Shown piece after piece: positions 10,955 to 20,005 of a stretch of DNA of 64,000 bases; positions within the stretch are counted from its first letter, which is position 1; each line of letters starts with the position of its first letter. The notes beneath the pieces are model-generated. The model made no database searches. It had not been told where the DNA came from and worked only from the letters and a program-made list of their open reading frames with translations. Location: the sequence record MK234886; one strand, 5' to 3'. The position numbers were made by a program, and so were the translations under genes. Source of the stretch: Escherichia phage AnYang.

Positions 10955-11962
10955 TTATTTGGATACTAGTTCAATCCAAACATGTCTTAATGTTTCTTTT
11001 ACAGACTCGATGAGTTGCTTTTTAACTTCAACAGGATTTTCAGCGTCAGTTAATTCTAATTCTTCACGGGCGGCTTCTTCTAAGATATCTTGGACTGTCA
11101 AGCCCATTACCTTTCCGAAATCCTTTTTAGATACTTCGCCAATCTTACTGATGACATTGTTAATGCGGTTAACAGTCACATAATCGGTGAATTGCCACAT
11201 CAAATCCATATCGTCTTGGGATAAAACTACCGCAGTCTTGATAGGCTTATCGGACTTTTTCTTCTCGCTGAATTTAGAGTTCTTACATTTAATCGCTACG
11301 CGATTTCCGTTTGGAAGCCAGGTAGGAATATCAGGTTTAAGTACAAAGCCTTCGGCTGTAAATACTTTACCTTCTACCTTAGGAATAAAGTCTGTCGAGT
11401 TTGCAATAGTTAGGCCAGCGTTATCCACTGCAAAATTATAATCAGGAATAACTGAATCAAAGTCGTTAGGTAATTTAATAAGGTCTTCAAAGCTACCGGT
11501 GGCCAGACATGGAGCTACCTTAAACTTATGGATAATACAGAAGGCTTCCATCAATGTATCGGTTAGAACAGATTCTGAGCCATCTTCCTTAGTAACTCGG
11601 ATATCGAACACATAAAAGTCTTTATCGCCGTAGTCCACATTCTTCTGGATACCTGTCCCAGCGAATTCGCCATAAATCTGGTACGACTGATAATTAATCG
11701 ATTCAATTAGATGTTGAACAGATTTAATAGAATCGGCATAGTTCTTAAGTACAATTTCATAACCATAGAAATCTTCAGCAGGGAGGATAGGGCCAGTGCG
11801 CTTGGCGCATGTGACTGCGTCACGTTCTATGATTAAACTAAAGTTGGTTCCATGAATCTTCTCACGTGCCACCCATTCACCACCGGTCAAACCATTAGTA
11901 CGGAGTTTTTCGATAAACTTACTGTTGTAGTGGTTTTCGAGACTGCTATATTTCTTGAACAT
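10955..11962 (-). CDS. rnlB: RNA ligase 2 (Rnl2, gene 24.1)
   Basis: [20 protein letters not shown]...[15 protein letters not shown]...[20 protein letters not shown] matches T4 Rnl2, including the nucleotidyltransferase lysine motif KIHGTN. Confidence 0.92.
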   Translation of the reverse strand: MFKKYSSLENHYNSKFIEKLRTNGLTGGEWVAREKIHGTNFSLIIERDAVTCAKRTGPILPAEDFYGYEIVLKNYADSIKSVQHLIESINYQSYQIYGEFAGTGIQKNVDYGDKDFYVFDIRVTKEDGSESVLTDTLMEAFCIIHKFKVAPCLATGSFEDLIKLPNDFDSVIPDYNFAVDNAGLTIANSTDFIPKVEGKVFTAEGFVLKPDIPTWLPNGNRVAIKCKNSKFSEKKKSDKPIKTAVVLSQDDMDLMWQFTDYVTVNRINNVISKIGEVSKKDFGKVMGLTVQDILEEAAREELELTDAENPVEVKKQLIESVKETLRHVWIELVSK

Positions 11963-12076
11963 AAATCACCATAATAAATATAATTAAATAGAAGAGCTAG
12001 TAGTCTTCTGTCACCAAGCCAAATGGTTTAACGGAAGGACCTAGACCCATTATAACACACCTAAATTTAAAGCATA

Positions 12077-12286
12077 TTACTTTGAACCAGAACGCGCTTT
12101 GCGCCGAACCTTGTTGTTCAATCTTTTACGATAAACAACCTTTTCTTTCGCTTTAAATTTGGCCTTGGCTTGTTCTACATCAACCCATGCTTTGGCCATG
12201 TCCTTAGCGGTCCCGCCCATTTTTTTAGCAATTTCTATAAAATTCAACCCAGATTCGTGTAAAAAATGTACTTTAACCTTATCCAT
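12077..12286 (-). CDS. Small putative helix-turn-helix DNA-binding protein (about 69 aa) with a basic C-terminal tail
   Basis: HTH-like segment SGLNFIEIAKKMGGTAKDMAKAW followed by a Lys/Arg-rich tail; start taken at MDKVKV (RBS GAGAG), the ORF opens earlier at 12325; occupies the T4 24.2/24.3 position. Confidence 0.45.
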   Translation of the reverse strand: MDKVKVHFLHESGLNFIEIAKKMGGTAKDMAKAWVDVEQAKAKFKAKEKVVYRKRLNNKVRRKARSGSK

Positions 12287-12370
12287 AACAATTCTCTCGT
12301 TGAGTTGGTAAACCCATCTTAACATAGGATTTTTAACTTGTAAACAGGAATTTTGTACTTTAATGCAAAA

Positions 12371-12386
12371 TGGGCCTTGCGGCCCA
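12371..12386 (-). terminator. Stem-loop terminator after hoc
   Basis: TGGGCC-ttgc-GGCCCA hairpin followed on the minus strand by TTTTGCATT. Confidence 0.55.
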
Positions 12387-12389
12387 TAA

Positions 12390-13238
12390 TTAGTAAACGT
12401 AATCGTATATAATACCAGCTTCTAAAGCGGTGCGATGAATAATTCGACCATTACGAGATTCTTGTACATCAACCTCTGGATAGTCGGTAATCATTTTTTG
12501 AAGTGTGTATCGGTGCAAATAATACGGGCTATCCGGGCTATCAGTTTTCCAGTCTTGCCCAGCAAGAGTCATTTTCTGAATTTCGTCCATAACCCACCAA
12601 CCGCACCAAATATAAGCTGAATTACGTACTGGCAATGGATGTACATAAGGTAATTCGCCATCTGGAACTGGTGCGACTTTAGCCGTGACTGTTACATTAC
12701 CGGTTTTGGTAACGGTTGCAGGGTTATAATCAGTCGCCGAAACCACAACAGAAACTTCAATAACCTGTGAACCTTCAGCGCTTGTATCGATTGCTAGAGT
12801 ATCCGTGGTGCCAACTACAGGAGAACCGTCTTTCTTCCAAGAATAGGCAAAAGTAGCTCCACTCGGTGCGCCGACGACATCCGCTTTAAAAGAGGCCGGG
12901 GTGTCTTCCGGAACATTAATTGATTCTGGGGTTAATGTCACAGAAACACCAGTCATTGTTTTATTCTGGATAGTTAAAGTTGTTTCGGCTTCAGCTGTTT
13001 CTGGTTCGCCATCCGCCGGTGTAGTTGTTGCAACAACTTTAATAGTCTTGCTGCCTGCTGGACCAACTGCGACATAATCCATTGCTGCAGTCACAGAAGA
13101 TTGAGGAACACCATCAACGGTCCAGACAAATGATTCGGTACCTTCAGCTGCAGCACCGGAACCGGTCGCAGTGAAATTGGTTGTTGCTCCAATAACGGCC
13201 GTAGCCGCCAAAGGAGCAATAGTTACGGTATAAGCCAT
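12390..13238 (-). CDS. hoc: Outer capsid decoration protein Hoc (shorter than T4 Hoc)
   Basis: Ig-like Thr/Val-rich repeats, then a C-terminal capsid-binding region (YVHPLPVRNSAYIW...GQDWKTDSPDSPYYLHRYTLQKM...PEVDVQESRNG) matching the T4 Hoc C-terminus; 282 aa against 376 in T4. Confidence 0.85.
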   Translation of the reverse strand: MAYTVTIAPLAATAVIGATTNFTATGSGAAAEGTESFVWTVDGVPQSSVTAAMDYVAVGPAGSKTIKVVATTTPADGEPETAEAETTLTIQNKTMTGVSVTLTPESINVPEDTPASFKADVVGAPSGATFAYSWKKDGSPVVGTTDTLAIDTSAEGSQVIEVSVVVSATDYNPATVTKTGNVTVTAKVAPVPDGELPYVHPLPVRNSAYIWCGWWVMDEIQKMTLAGQDWKTDSPDSPYYLHRYTLQKMITDYPEVDVQESRNGRIIHRTALEAGIIYDYVY

Positions 13239-13247
13239 AATAAACCC

Positions 13248-13919
13248 TTATTTTAAAGTGACAAAAGATGAGTTACGAGTTTCTCGTATTAGAACAGACC
13301 CATTACGATTGATGTAATAAATCAAGCTGAATAGTGTTTGGTGTGCAGTAGGATGTTGGAAAGCAGTTGGACGTTCTTTCCAATCCGGGGTCTCAGAAAT
13401 CCATTGATAAATCCACCAAGGAACGGTGCAATAGCCAGGGTTCTTACCGATAAGCAAAAGATTAGGACTGAAGTTTTCAGGTAAAGAGAATACAGGTTTT
13501 TCCAATTCAACAACCTTGGCTACAGCTTCTTTGAATTTCTCTTCGTCAAACGGAACATCCTCTTCAATAATCTCTACCTTAGGATGTTCGGCTACCTCAA
13601 CGACTTCAACAACTGCCTCAGGAGCATCGAACAACAGGGTTGCTTCTTCTTTAGCAGGTTCAACACCATCAATAAATTCATTAGAACCTGTAAGTTCGTC
13701 GGCAGCATCAATCAAATCAGAAATGGACAACCCTTCGGTTTCCGGAAGTGGTTCGTCGGCCAAGGCTTTAAGACCTTCAGTGATATCGATAATCAAATTA
13801 TCAAACGAACGGGTTTTCTTAAGTTTTAAACCGAACTGTTCGCCGTATTCGATTAACTTAGCTTTAGCTTCTTTTTTATCTTCGAGTGCACGAAGCTCTT
13901 CAATATATTGAGTATCCAT
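13248..13919 (-). CDS. inh: Inh, inhibitor of the prohead protease
   Basis: 223 aa acidic protein directly downstream of hoc, position and size as T4 Inh (226 aa). Confidence 0.75.
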   Translation of the reverse strand: MDTQYIEELRALEDKKEAKAKLIEYGEQFGLKLKKTRSFDNLIIDITEGLKALADEPLPETEGLSISDLIDAADELTGSNEFIDGVEPAKEEATLLFDAPEAVVEVVEVAEHPKVEIIEEDVPFDEEKFKEAVAKVVELEKPVFSLPENFSPNLLLIGKNPGYCTVPWWIYQWISETPDWKERPTAFQHPTAHQTLFSLIYYINRNGSVLIRETRNSSFVTLK

Positions 13920-13938
13920 AATTAGTCTCTTGTTGGTG

Positions 13939-13946
13939 TATAAATA
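13939..13946 (+). promoter_or_regulatory. Late promoter box TATAAATA upstream of uvsW
   Basis: Exact TATAAATA about 30 nt upstream of the uvsW ATG. Confidence 0.55.
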
Positions 13947-13952
13947 TAACTA

Positions 13953-13960
13953 TATTTATA
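13953..13960 (-). promoter_or_regulatory. Late promoter box (TATAAATA on the minus strand) upstream of inh
   Basis: TATTTATA on the plus strand about 35 nt from the inh start; divergent partner of the uvsW late promoter. Confidence 0.5.
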
Positions 13961-13974
13961 ACTGAGAATTACTT

Positions 13975-15471
13975 ATGCAAATTCAAGTACATTTTGATAA
14001 TTTTAGTCATGTTCGTATTGAATGCGATGAATCTACATTCTACGAACTCAGAGACTATTTTAGCTTTGAAGCTGATGGATATAAATTCAACCCTAAATTT
14101 CGTTATGGGCAATGGGATGGTCGTATTCGTCTTCTGGATTATAACCGTAAACTGCCTTATGGATTGGTCCCTCAAATTAAAAAGTTCGCTGAACAATTTG
14201 AATACTCTCTGTGGATTGACCCACGTATTCTTGAACAGGAAGATATTTCTCGTGAAGATTTTGACTCATGGGTAGCTTCTCAAGAAATTTATTCAGGGTC
14301 TACCAAGATTGAGCCTCATTGGTATCAGAATGAAGCCGTATACAACGGCCTGACAAAACGTCGCGCAATTCTGAATTTACCTACATCCGCAGGTAAATCA
14401 TTAATCCAGGCGCTCCTGAGTCGATATTACGTTGAGAACTATGAAGGTAAAATCCTTATTCTGGTTCCTACTACTGCACTTGTCGACCAGATGATTAATG
14501 ACTTCATCGATTATCGTCTGTTCCCTAAAGCAGCAATGCTTGGTATTCGTTCAGGTACTGCTCGTGATTCTGATGCAATGATTTACGTTTCGACTTATCA
14601 AACTGCTATTAAGCAACCTAAAGAATGGTTTGCTCAGTTTGGTATGTTTATGAACGACGAATGCCATTTGGCTACAGGTAAATCTATTTCTACTATCATC
14701 GAAGGCCTAACCAACTGTATGTTTAAATTTGGTTTGTCTGGTTCTTTAAAAGATGGTAAAGCTAATTTAATGCAATATATGGGTTTGTTTGGTGACGTGT
14801 TTAAACCTGTTTCCACCTCCCAATTGATGGAAGAAGGACAGGTTACAGACCTTAAAATCAACAGTATTTTCCTTCGATACCCAGACGAATTCACAGTTAA
14901 GATGAAAGGTAAAGATTACCAATCAGAAATTAAAGTCATTACTAAGGCTACTCGTCGTAATAAATGGGTTGCTAATTTAGCTGTTAAACTCGCTAAGAAA
15001 GAAGAGAACGTATTCCTGATGTTTAAAAACATCGAACACGGTAAAACTCTTTTTGAAATGGTTAAAGAGCAACATAAAGAAGTTTATTATGTATCAGGTG
15101 AAGTTAATACCGAAACGCGTAATGCTCTGAAAGTAATGGCGGAAAATGGTAAGGGTATTATTGTTGTGGCAAGTTATGGTGTGTTCTCTACTGGTATTTC
15201 CGTTAAGAACCTTCACCACGTTGTATTTGCTCATCCGGTAAAATCTAAAATCATTGTACTCCAGACAATTGGTCGTGTACTCCGTAAACATGCTTCTAAA
15301 TCAACAGCACAAGTATGGGATATCATCGACGACATGGGTGTTAAGCCTAAATCAGCTACGGCTAAAAAGAAATATGTTCATTTGAACTACGCCCTCAAAC
15401 ACGCTTTAGAACGTATTCAACGTTATGCTGATGAGAAATTTAATTACGTAATGAAACAGGTGGATTTATGA
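13975..15471 (+). CDS. uvsW: UvsW ATP-dependent DNA/RNA helicase
   Basis: Near-identity to T4 UvsW over the whole length (HFDNFSHVRIECDESTFYELRDYFSFEADGYKFNP, Walker A LNLPTSAGKS, DEAD-like box NDECH). Confidence 0.95.
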   Translation: MQIQVHFDNFSHVRIECDESTFYELRDYFSFEADGYKFNPKFRYGQWDGRIRLLDYNRKLPYGLVPQIKKFAEQFEYSLWIDPRILEQEDISREDFDSWVASQEIYSGSTKIEPHWYQNEAVYNGLTKRRAILNLPTSAGKSLIQALLSRYYVENYEGKILILVPTTALVDQMINDFIDYRLFPKAAMLGIRSGTARDSDAMIYVSTYQTAIKQPKEWFAQFGMFMNDECHLATGKSISTIIEGLTNCMFKFGLSGSLKDGKANLMQYMGLFGDVFKPVSTSQLMEEGQVTDLKINSIFLRYPDEFTVKMKGKDYQSEIKVITKATRRNKWVANLAVKLAKKEENVFLMFKNIEHGKTLFEMVKEQHKEVYYVSGEVNTETRNALKVMAENGKGIIVVASYGVFSTGISVKNLHHVVFAHPVKSKIIVLQTIGRVLRKHASKSTAQVWDIIDDMGVKPKSATAKKKYVHLNYALKHALERIQRYADEKFNYVMKQVDL

Positions 15472-15695
15472 AAACCTTTAAAGAAGTTATTCAGGAAGCA
15501 TCTATTGAAAGCTTCATGTCTAAAATTAGTTCTTGTCAGACCATGGACGGTCTGGAGGAATTGGAGAAGTATTACAAAACTCGTAGTAAGGAAGCCGAAC
15601 TTCGTGATTCGGATGATATTAGCGTGCGCGATGCATTGGCTGGTAAGAGAGCTGAATTGGAGTCGATGGACGACGAGGAAGAGGAAGATTTCTAA
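15468..15695 (+). CDS. uvsW.1: UvsW.1-like small acidic protein
   Basis: 75 aa ORF overlapping the uvsW stop, acidic C-terminus DDEEEEDF; same position as T4 uvsW.1. Confidence 0.7.
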   Translation: MKTFKEVIQEASIESFMSKISSCQTMDGLEELEKYYKTRSKEAELRDSDDISVRDALAGKRAELESMDDEEEEDF

Positions 15696-15699
15696 ACAA

Positions 15700-15726
15700 A
15701 AAGGGCCCAACCTTTCGGAAGGGCCA
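15700..15726 (+). terminator. Stem-loop terminator after uvsW.1
   Basis: GGGCCC...GGGCC inverted repeat just after the stop, preceded by an A-run. Confidence 0.45.
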
Positions 15727-15755
15727 ATAACCATAAAATGGCTATACACACTAGA

Positions 15756-15923
15756 CTAAATTAATAATTGGGTTTCGTTCAGCTGTTCTTCAGTGTTTTC
15801 CGTAACTGGCAAGCTTTGAACGTAATTATAGCATGGACCCGGGTGAACCGGACCTTTTTCTGTTTCAACAACCAATGCAGCATCGATTGGAGTTTTACAG
15901 ACAACGCAAATCTTATCTGACAT
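15756..15923 (-). CDS. Small Cys-containing protein (55 aa), uvsY.-2-like position
   Basis: ORF MSDKICVVCKTPIDAALVVETEKGPVHPGPCYNYV... with AAGGAGA RBS 6 nt upstream; below the size cut-off of the ORF track. Confidence 0.4.
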   Translation of the reverse strand: MSDKICVVCKTPIDAALVVETEKGPVHPGPCYNYVQSLPVTENTEEQLNETQLLI

Positions 15924-15951
15924 GATTGTCTCCTTAGTTTAACTTACATAT

Positions 15952-16050
15952 CTATTTATTACTTGCTAAAGCGGCATTAATGAATTCTTGGAGAAGTTTC
16001 ATCTTATCGGCATCTACTTTAATGGGTTTGGTATTTTTAGTACGTCTCAT
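15952..16050 (-). CDS. Tiny ORF (32 aa) translationally coupled to the uvsY stop
   Basis: ATG overlaps the uvsY TAA (TAATG); MRRTKNTKPIKVDADKMKLLQEFINAALASNK; speculative. Confidence 0.3.
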   Translation of the reverse strand: MRRTKNTKPIKVDADKMKLLQEFINAALASNK

Positions 16051-16484
16051 TATTTACCTGCCTCAAATTGTCTCATCTCATGCATAGTCTTAAGGTTAAA
16101 ACCACGCGCCTTAATAGCATCAAGTGCCGAACTACAGAAGTCCTGTAATAAAGCCCAATACTGGATTGATGTATCGATTTTAATTACACTAGAATCTGCT
16201 GCCATAACAGTCTTTAATTCAGACTTCTCGTACTGGTCCATACAAACCTCATCACCAGGCTCTCCACGTCCCGTGTAGAAATCTAATCGCTTCTTAAGTG
16301 AGGTCTTTTTCTGGATTTCTAATCTCATTATTTCTTTCTTACAATTCGTATACAGTCTTAGCCATTTGCTGTGCAGCAAAACGTTGTTCTGTACTTCATA
16401 CTGTAAACGAGTCCCATCAATCTTCAAATCTTCATCCAAAGCATCTTGAAACGACTCTAATTTATATTCAATCTCTTTACTCAT
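16050..16484 (-). CDS. uvsY: UvsY recombination mediator
   Basis: LQYEVQNNVLLHSKWLRLY...YEKSELKTVMAADSSVIKIDTSIQYWALLQDFCSSALDAIKARGF matches T4 UvsY; start set at MSKEIEYK (RBS AGGAAA), the ORF opens at 16517. Confidence 0.9.
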   Translation of the reverse strand: MSKEIEYKLESFQDALDEDLKIDGTRLQYEVQNNVLLHSKWLRLYTNCKKEIMRLEIQKKTSLKKRLDFYTGRGEPGDEVCMDQYEKSELKTVMAADSSVIKIDTSIQYWALLQDFCSSALDAIKARGFNLKTMHEMRQFEAGK

Positions 16485-16542
16485 CGCATGTTTCCTGTGT
16501 AATAACCATAGGACCATTATACACTATTCATTTGAACAGCAA

Positions 16543-16932
16543 TTAGCCACTCTGGGAGAGCTGAATTCTAATTTGCTCTAATGTATCCGGGTCATCAACA
16601 ATACTAAACTGAACCGTCACTATAATCGAGTTGTCATCGTACACAGGGGTCACACCTACGGCCAGGGCAGAAATTCTAGGTTCGAAGTTCCGCACAGCGG
16701 AAACTATATTACGCTTAATGGTATCCGTGATTAATGGGGTGATATTTTCAAACAATTGGTTACTGATGTCGCAACCAAATTCCGGCATAAAAGGGCGTGA
16801 ACCTTTGCGAGTAGTAATAATGCCTAACAAACTATTTTTTACTGCACGAGCACCTGTAGCTTTAGCAACGTCTCTATTCCAAGACGTTCTCATCTCAGGG
16901 TCTAAATCCGAATACATTTTATTGATATTCAT
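16543..16932 (-). CDS. 25: Baseplate wedge subunit gp25
   Basis: NINKMYSDLDPEM...SLLGIITTRKGSRPFMPEFGCD...VRNFEPRI closely matches T4 gp25. Confidence 0.93.
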   Translation of the reverse strand: MNINKMYSDLDPEMRTSWNRDVAKATGARAVKNSLLGIITTRKGSRPFMPEFGCDISNQLFENITPLITDTIKRNIVSAVRNFEPRISALAVGVTPVYDDNSIIVTVQFSIVDDPDTLEQIRIQLSQSG

Positions 16933-17555
16933 TACATCACCTTAAAGAACTCTTTAAGTCCCTCAATAACGTGGACGGTATGTTCACCACATTCACAAGA
17001 AATAGGTATGGCCAAAATAGGCTTAGGGGTAACTAGTGCATCATAAACTTCTTTTATATCTTTTTCTGTTATCACAGAATAAAGGTCATCAAGTTCGGCA
17101 TCGCTTAAATCGGAAAGAAAAAGCTTTTCGCCTGCGGAAGTTAAAATATAATCGATACACCCTGCGACCATCATAGCCCTATTTTTATCTTCAAAGAGTT
17201 TAGGGTATCTGAAAACAATTTTAAAGTTGCCAAAGTCTTTAATAACATCAGGCTCTTTACCTAATGTTGCGCGAGTTAGTGTCATAGGGACAACCTGTGA
17301 GCGACCACAACTACAAACCCACTCACGTTCTATATTCACTTCAGCTAATGAATGGGCCCACAGGTTTATCACCAGGAGCTCGGATTCTTGCTTGTTTAAA
17401 TCACGAGCATCTGTGCAATTCGAAATGAGTTCATTGATAAAGGACTCTATTCTGCCTTCTAATTTAGCTTGGAGCAAGTCCTTATACTCTCTGAGGGTAA
17501 ATGCTCTGCATTTTATGGTTTTGTTTTTAATTTTTACGTCAAAAGTATAATTCAT
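16932..17555 (-). CDS. 26: Baseplate hub subunit gp26
   Basis: 207 aa ORF overlapping the gp25 start, size and position of T4 gp26 (208 aa). Confidence 0.8.
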   Translation of the reverse strand: MNYTFDVKIKNKTIKCRAFTLREYKDLLQAKLEGRIESFINELISNCTDARDLNKQESELLVINLWAHSLAEVNIEREWVCSCGRSQVVPMTLTRATLGKEPDVIKDFGNFKIVFRYPKLFEDKNRAMMVAGCIDYILTSAGEKLFLSDLSDAELDDLYSVITEKDIKEVYDALVTPKPILAIPISCECGEHTVHVIEGLKEFFKVM

Positions 17556-17573
17556 TGTCTTCTCCTTTAAGCT

Positions 17574-17585
17574 TATTTATAAATA
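17574..17585. promoter_or_regulatory. Overlapping divergent late promoters (palindromic TATTTATAAATA) for genes 26 and 51
   Basis: The sequence reads TATAAATA on both strands, between the divergent gp26 and gp51 starts. Confidence 0.5.
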
Positions 17586-17605
17586 CATCAATAAGAGGAC
17601 ACCCT

Positions 17606-18358
17606 ATGGCTAATATAGTACGTTGTGAAATGCCTGATGGAGTCCACCGATTTAAACCTTTTACAGTAGCTGATTATCGTGATTTTATTTTGATTCGAAA
17701 TGACATGAATAATAAATCACCTGAAGAGCAAAAACAAATTTTAGATGAGTTACTGGAAGAATACTTCGGTGAATATCCTATGTCATGGCGCCCGTATATG
17801 TTCATTGAACTTTACACGTCATCACTCGGCAAGACCAAAATTCCTATCCGATACACTTGCAGTAAGTGTGAAAAGGATAGACAAGTTTTATTCAATTTGA
17901 AACAGGCCAAGTTAGATAATCCCACAATTGAAGTGGCAGGCTTGAAGCTAACATTCAAATTTCCGGAAATAGAATATCAAGACAAATCTGAATTGATTTT
18001 GAACACCCTCCAAACCGTAGAAGATGAAAACGGAAAATATAATTGGACTGACCTTTCTGAAGAAGACCAATTAGCCGTAATAGATGCTATAGACTTATCC
18101 ACTTTAGAGGATATAGTCAAACAAACCAGCCCTATTAATTTCGAACTCAAATACGGATGTTGTAATCGTAGAACGATTGCGTATACCGATATTTTAGAGG
18201 TGTTTAAGCTTATAGTCAATCCGGATGAGATATTTTTATTTTACCAAATAAACCATTTATTGGTAAAGAACAATTATTCATTAGAAAGCATTATGCAGAT
18301 GATTCCAATCGAACGCGGTATTGCTTTGTCTTTGGTTGAAAAGGACCTTAAGAAATGA
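17606..18358 (+). CDS. 51: Baseplate hub assembly catalyst gp51
   Basis: Position divergent from gene 26 and upstream of gene 27, size about 250 aa as T4 gp51; start set at MANIVRCE (RBS AAGAGGA), the ORF opens at 17555. Confidence 0.78.
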   Translation: MANIVRCEMPDGVHRFKPFTVADYRDFILIRNDMNNKSPEEQKQILDELLEEYFGEYPMSWRPYMFIELYTSSLGKTKIPIRYTCSKCEKDRQVLFNLKQAKLDNPTIEVAGLKLTFKFPEIEYQDKSELILNTLQTVEDENGKYNWTDLSEEDQLAVIDAIDLSTLEDIVKQTSPINFELKYGCCNRRTIAYTDILEVFKLIVNPDEIFLFYQINHLLVKNNYSLESIMQMIPIERGIALSLVEKDLKK

Positions 18359-19524
18359 GTTCAAAAACTATGCAACGTGAAGGTTTTCCTAATATTAGTA
18401 TACGCCTTTACGAAGATTATGACGCCTGGTTAGAGCATCGTTTTGTTGAACTAGGCGCGACATTTACCACTCTAACAATGCGAGATGGACTTTACGGTAG
18501 TAATGAAGGGTTGCTCCAGTTTTATGATGCAAAAAACCTTCATACTAAAATGGATGGCGAACAGATTATTCAAATTTCTGTTAAGAACGCTAACTCCGAG
18601 CGTACCCAATCAAGAATTTATGGAAGTAAACACTTTGCTGTAGGAGTGGATTCGAAGGGTGACAATATCATAACAATACAACTCGCCCCAATCCACTTTT
18701 TAGAAAATCTTAAATTCGGACGTATGTTCTTCCCTAGTGTTCAAGAAACATTAACAGAAATGATTGGTGTTATTTACCAAGACCGTCCACTTCTTGCACC
18801 TCCATTGAACGGAATAAACGTTTATGTTCCTAATGTTCCTTGGTGCGATTCAATGGACCGTTATATGGAATTTGTACGAGAAGTAGGTATGGCCGTTGAA
18901 TCTGATAAATTTGTATTTGTCTGGGAAGATATAGATGGTATTTCTATCATGGACTACGAATTTATGGTTAATCAAGAGCCAATTAATTTTGTGGTAGGTG
19001 AGCCACGTTTAATAGGCCAATACGTCCAAGATATGGACACTCCTATCGCATTTGATTTTGAATGGTTAACTAAAGCCAACCAGCATTCCAGAAAACCATA
19101 TGAAAACGCTACTGTATACGCCCACTCTTTCTTAGACAAAAATGCCACACGAATTACTTTTGGCGATGGGCAAAACAGTATATTGGTTTCTCGCTCCGGT
19201 GGATATTCTGATTATACCTACAGAAACGGATTTGAAGAAGCCGATAGATTAGTTACTATGGCCCAATACGATGGTTATGCCCATTGTAAGGTATACGGTA
19301 ACTTTGAACTAACTCCAGGCGATAAGATTAATTTCTATGACCCTAAAAACCAATTCCAATACGATTTTTATGTAGACGAAGTTATTCATGAAGTGAGTAA
19401 CAATACATCAATTACAAACCTTTATATGTTTACTAATGGTAAGCCTATTAAGATTGAAGAACCACCGAAGGTTAAAAATGAACTTAAAACTGATACTCCC
19501 GATCAAGAAAATAACGCTGGGTGA
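18355..19524 (+). CDS. 27: Baseplate hub subunit gp27
   Basis: [67 protein letters not shown] matches T4 gp27. Confidence 0.93.
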   Translation: MSSKTMQREGFPNISIRLYEDYDAWLEHRFVELGATFTTLTMRDGLYGSNEGLLQFYDAKNLHTKMDGEQIIQISVKNANSERTQSRIYGSKHFAVGVDSKGDNIITIQLAPIHFLENLKFGRMFFPSVQETLTEMIGVIYQDRPLLAPPLNGINVYVPNVPWCDSMDRYMEFVREVGMAVESDKFVFVWEDIDGISIMDYEFMVNQEPINFVVGEPRLIGQYVQDMDTPIAFDFEWLTKANQHSRKPYENATVYAHSFLDKNATRITFGDGQNSILVSRSGGYSDYTYRNGFEEADRLVTMAQYDGYAHCKVYGNFELTPGDKINFYDPKNQFQYDFYVDEVIHEVSNNTSITNLYMFTNGKPIKIEEPPKVKNELKTDTPDQENNAG

Positions 19525-20005
19525 CAAAGAGATTTCTATTCCTAAATTGGGTCTTAAACACCAGAAATTGGTTAAAGATGAAAAGGACCCTTACAAGGCT
19601 CTTCACATATTAATGAATTCCATTTATAAAGGTTTATCCGCGGCAGAGACCGATTTTGCCGCTCTCCACCTTTTAGAATTCAATGGAAGATTAAAAAGTA
19701 AAGTAACCAAAGACGGGTTTACTTATAACCTAAATGACCTTTATATCTGCCAGCGACTTGAATTCCAATTCCAAGGTAAAACGTTTAAATTTAAATCACA
19801 CGAACCATTTCAAACATTTGGACCTGTTGATAGTGTATTACAATCTCTTTACCTTGGTGATGATGTACCAGATTTTCTGGATATGCCTGCCTTTGTTGCT
19901 ACATGGGCCGACGATATAACTTCTACCATAGCTATCCCTGGTCCTAATGGTCCTATCAAAGGATTGCTTAAAATCATGGATATCTTAAATGAAGAACGAA
20001 TCTAA
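19478..20005 (+). CDS. 28: Baseplate hub distal subunit gp28
   Basis: 176 aa from the in-frame ATG at 19478 (about 177 aa in T4), overlapping the end of gene 27. Confidence 0.8.
   Translation: MNLKLILPIKKITLGDKEISIPKLGLKHQKLVKDEKDPYKALHILMNSIYKGLSAAETDFAALHLLEFNGRLKSKVTKDGFTYNLNDLYICQRLEFQFQGKTFKFKSHEPFQTFGPVDSVLQSLYLGDDVPDFLDMPAFVATWADDITSTIAIPGPNGPIKGLLKIMDILNEERI

Noticed and set aside
13516-13911. 131-aa plus-strand Ser-rich ORF
   Set aside because: Antisense to the acidic inh gene; the composition is the complement artefact of a Glu/Asp-rich frame.
16485-16517. N-terminal extension of uvsY (also GTG start at 34097 and extended starts at 17555, 19436, 32220, 43664, 47747, 52669)
   Set aside because: The extensions have no RBS and no counterpart in T4 homologs, and some overlap predicted promoters or upstream genes; the internal ATGs with Shine-Dalgarno sequences fit better.
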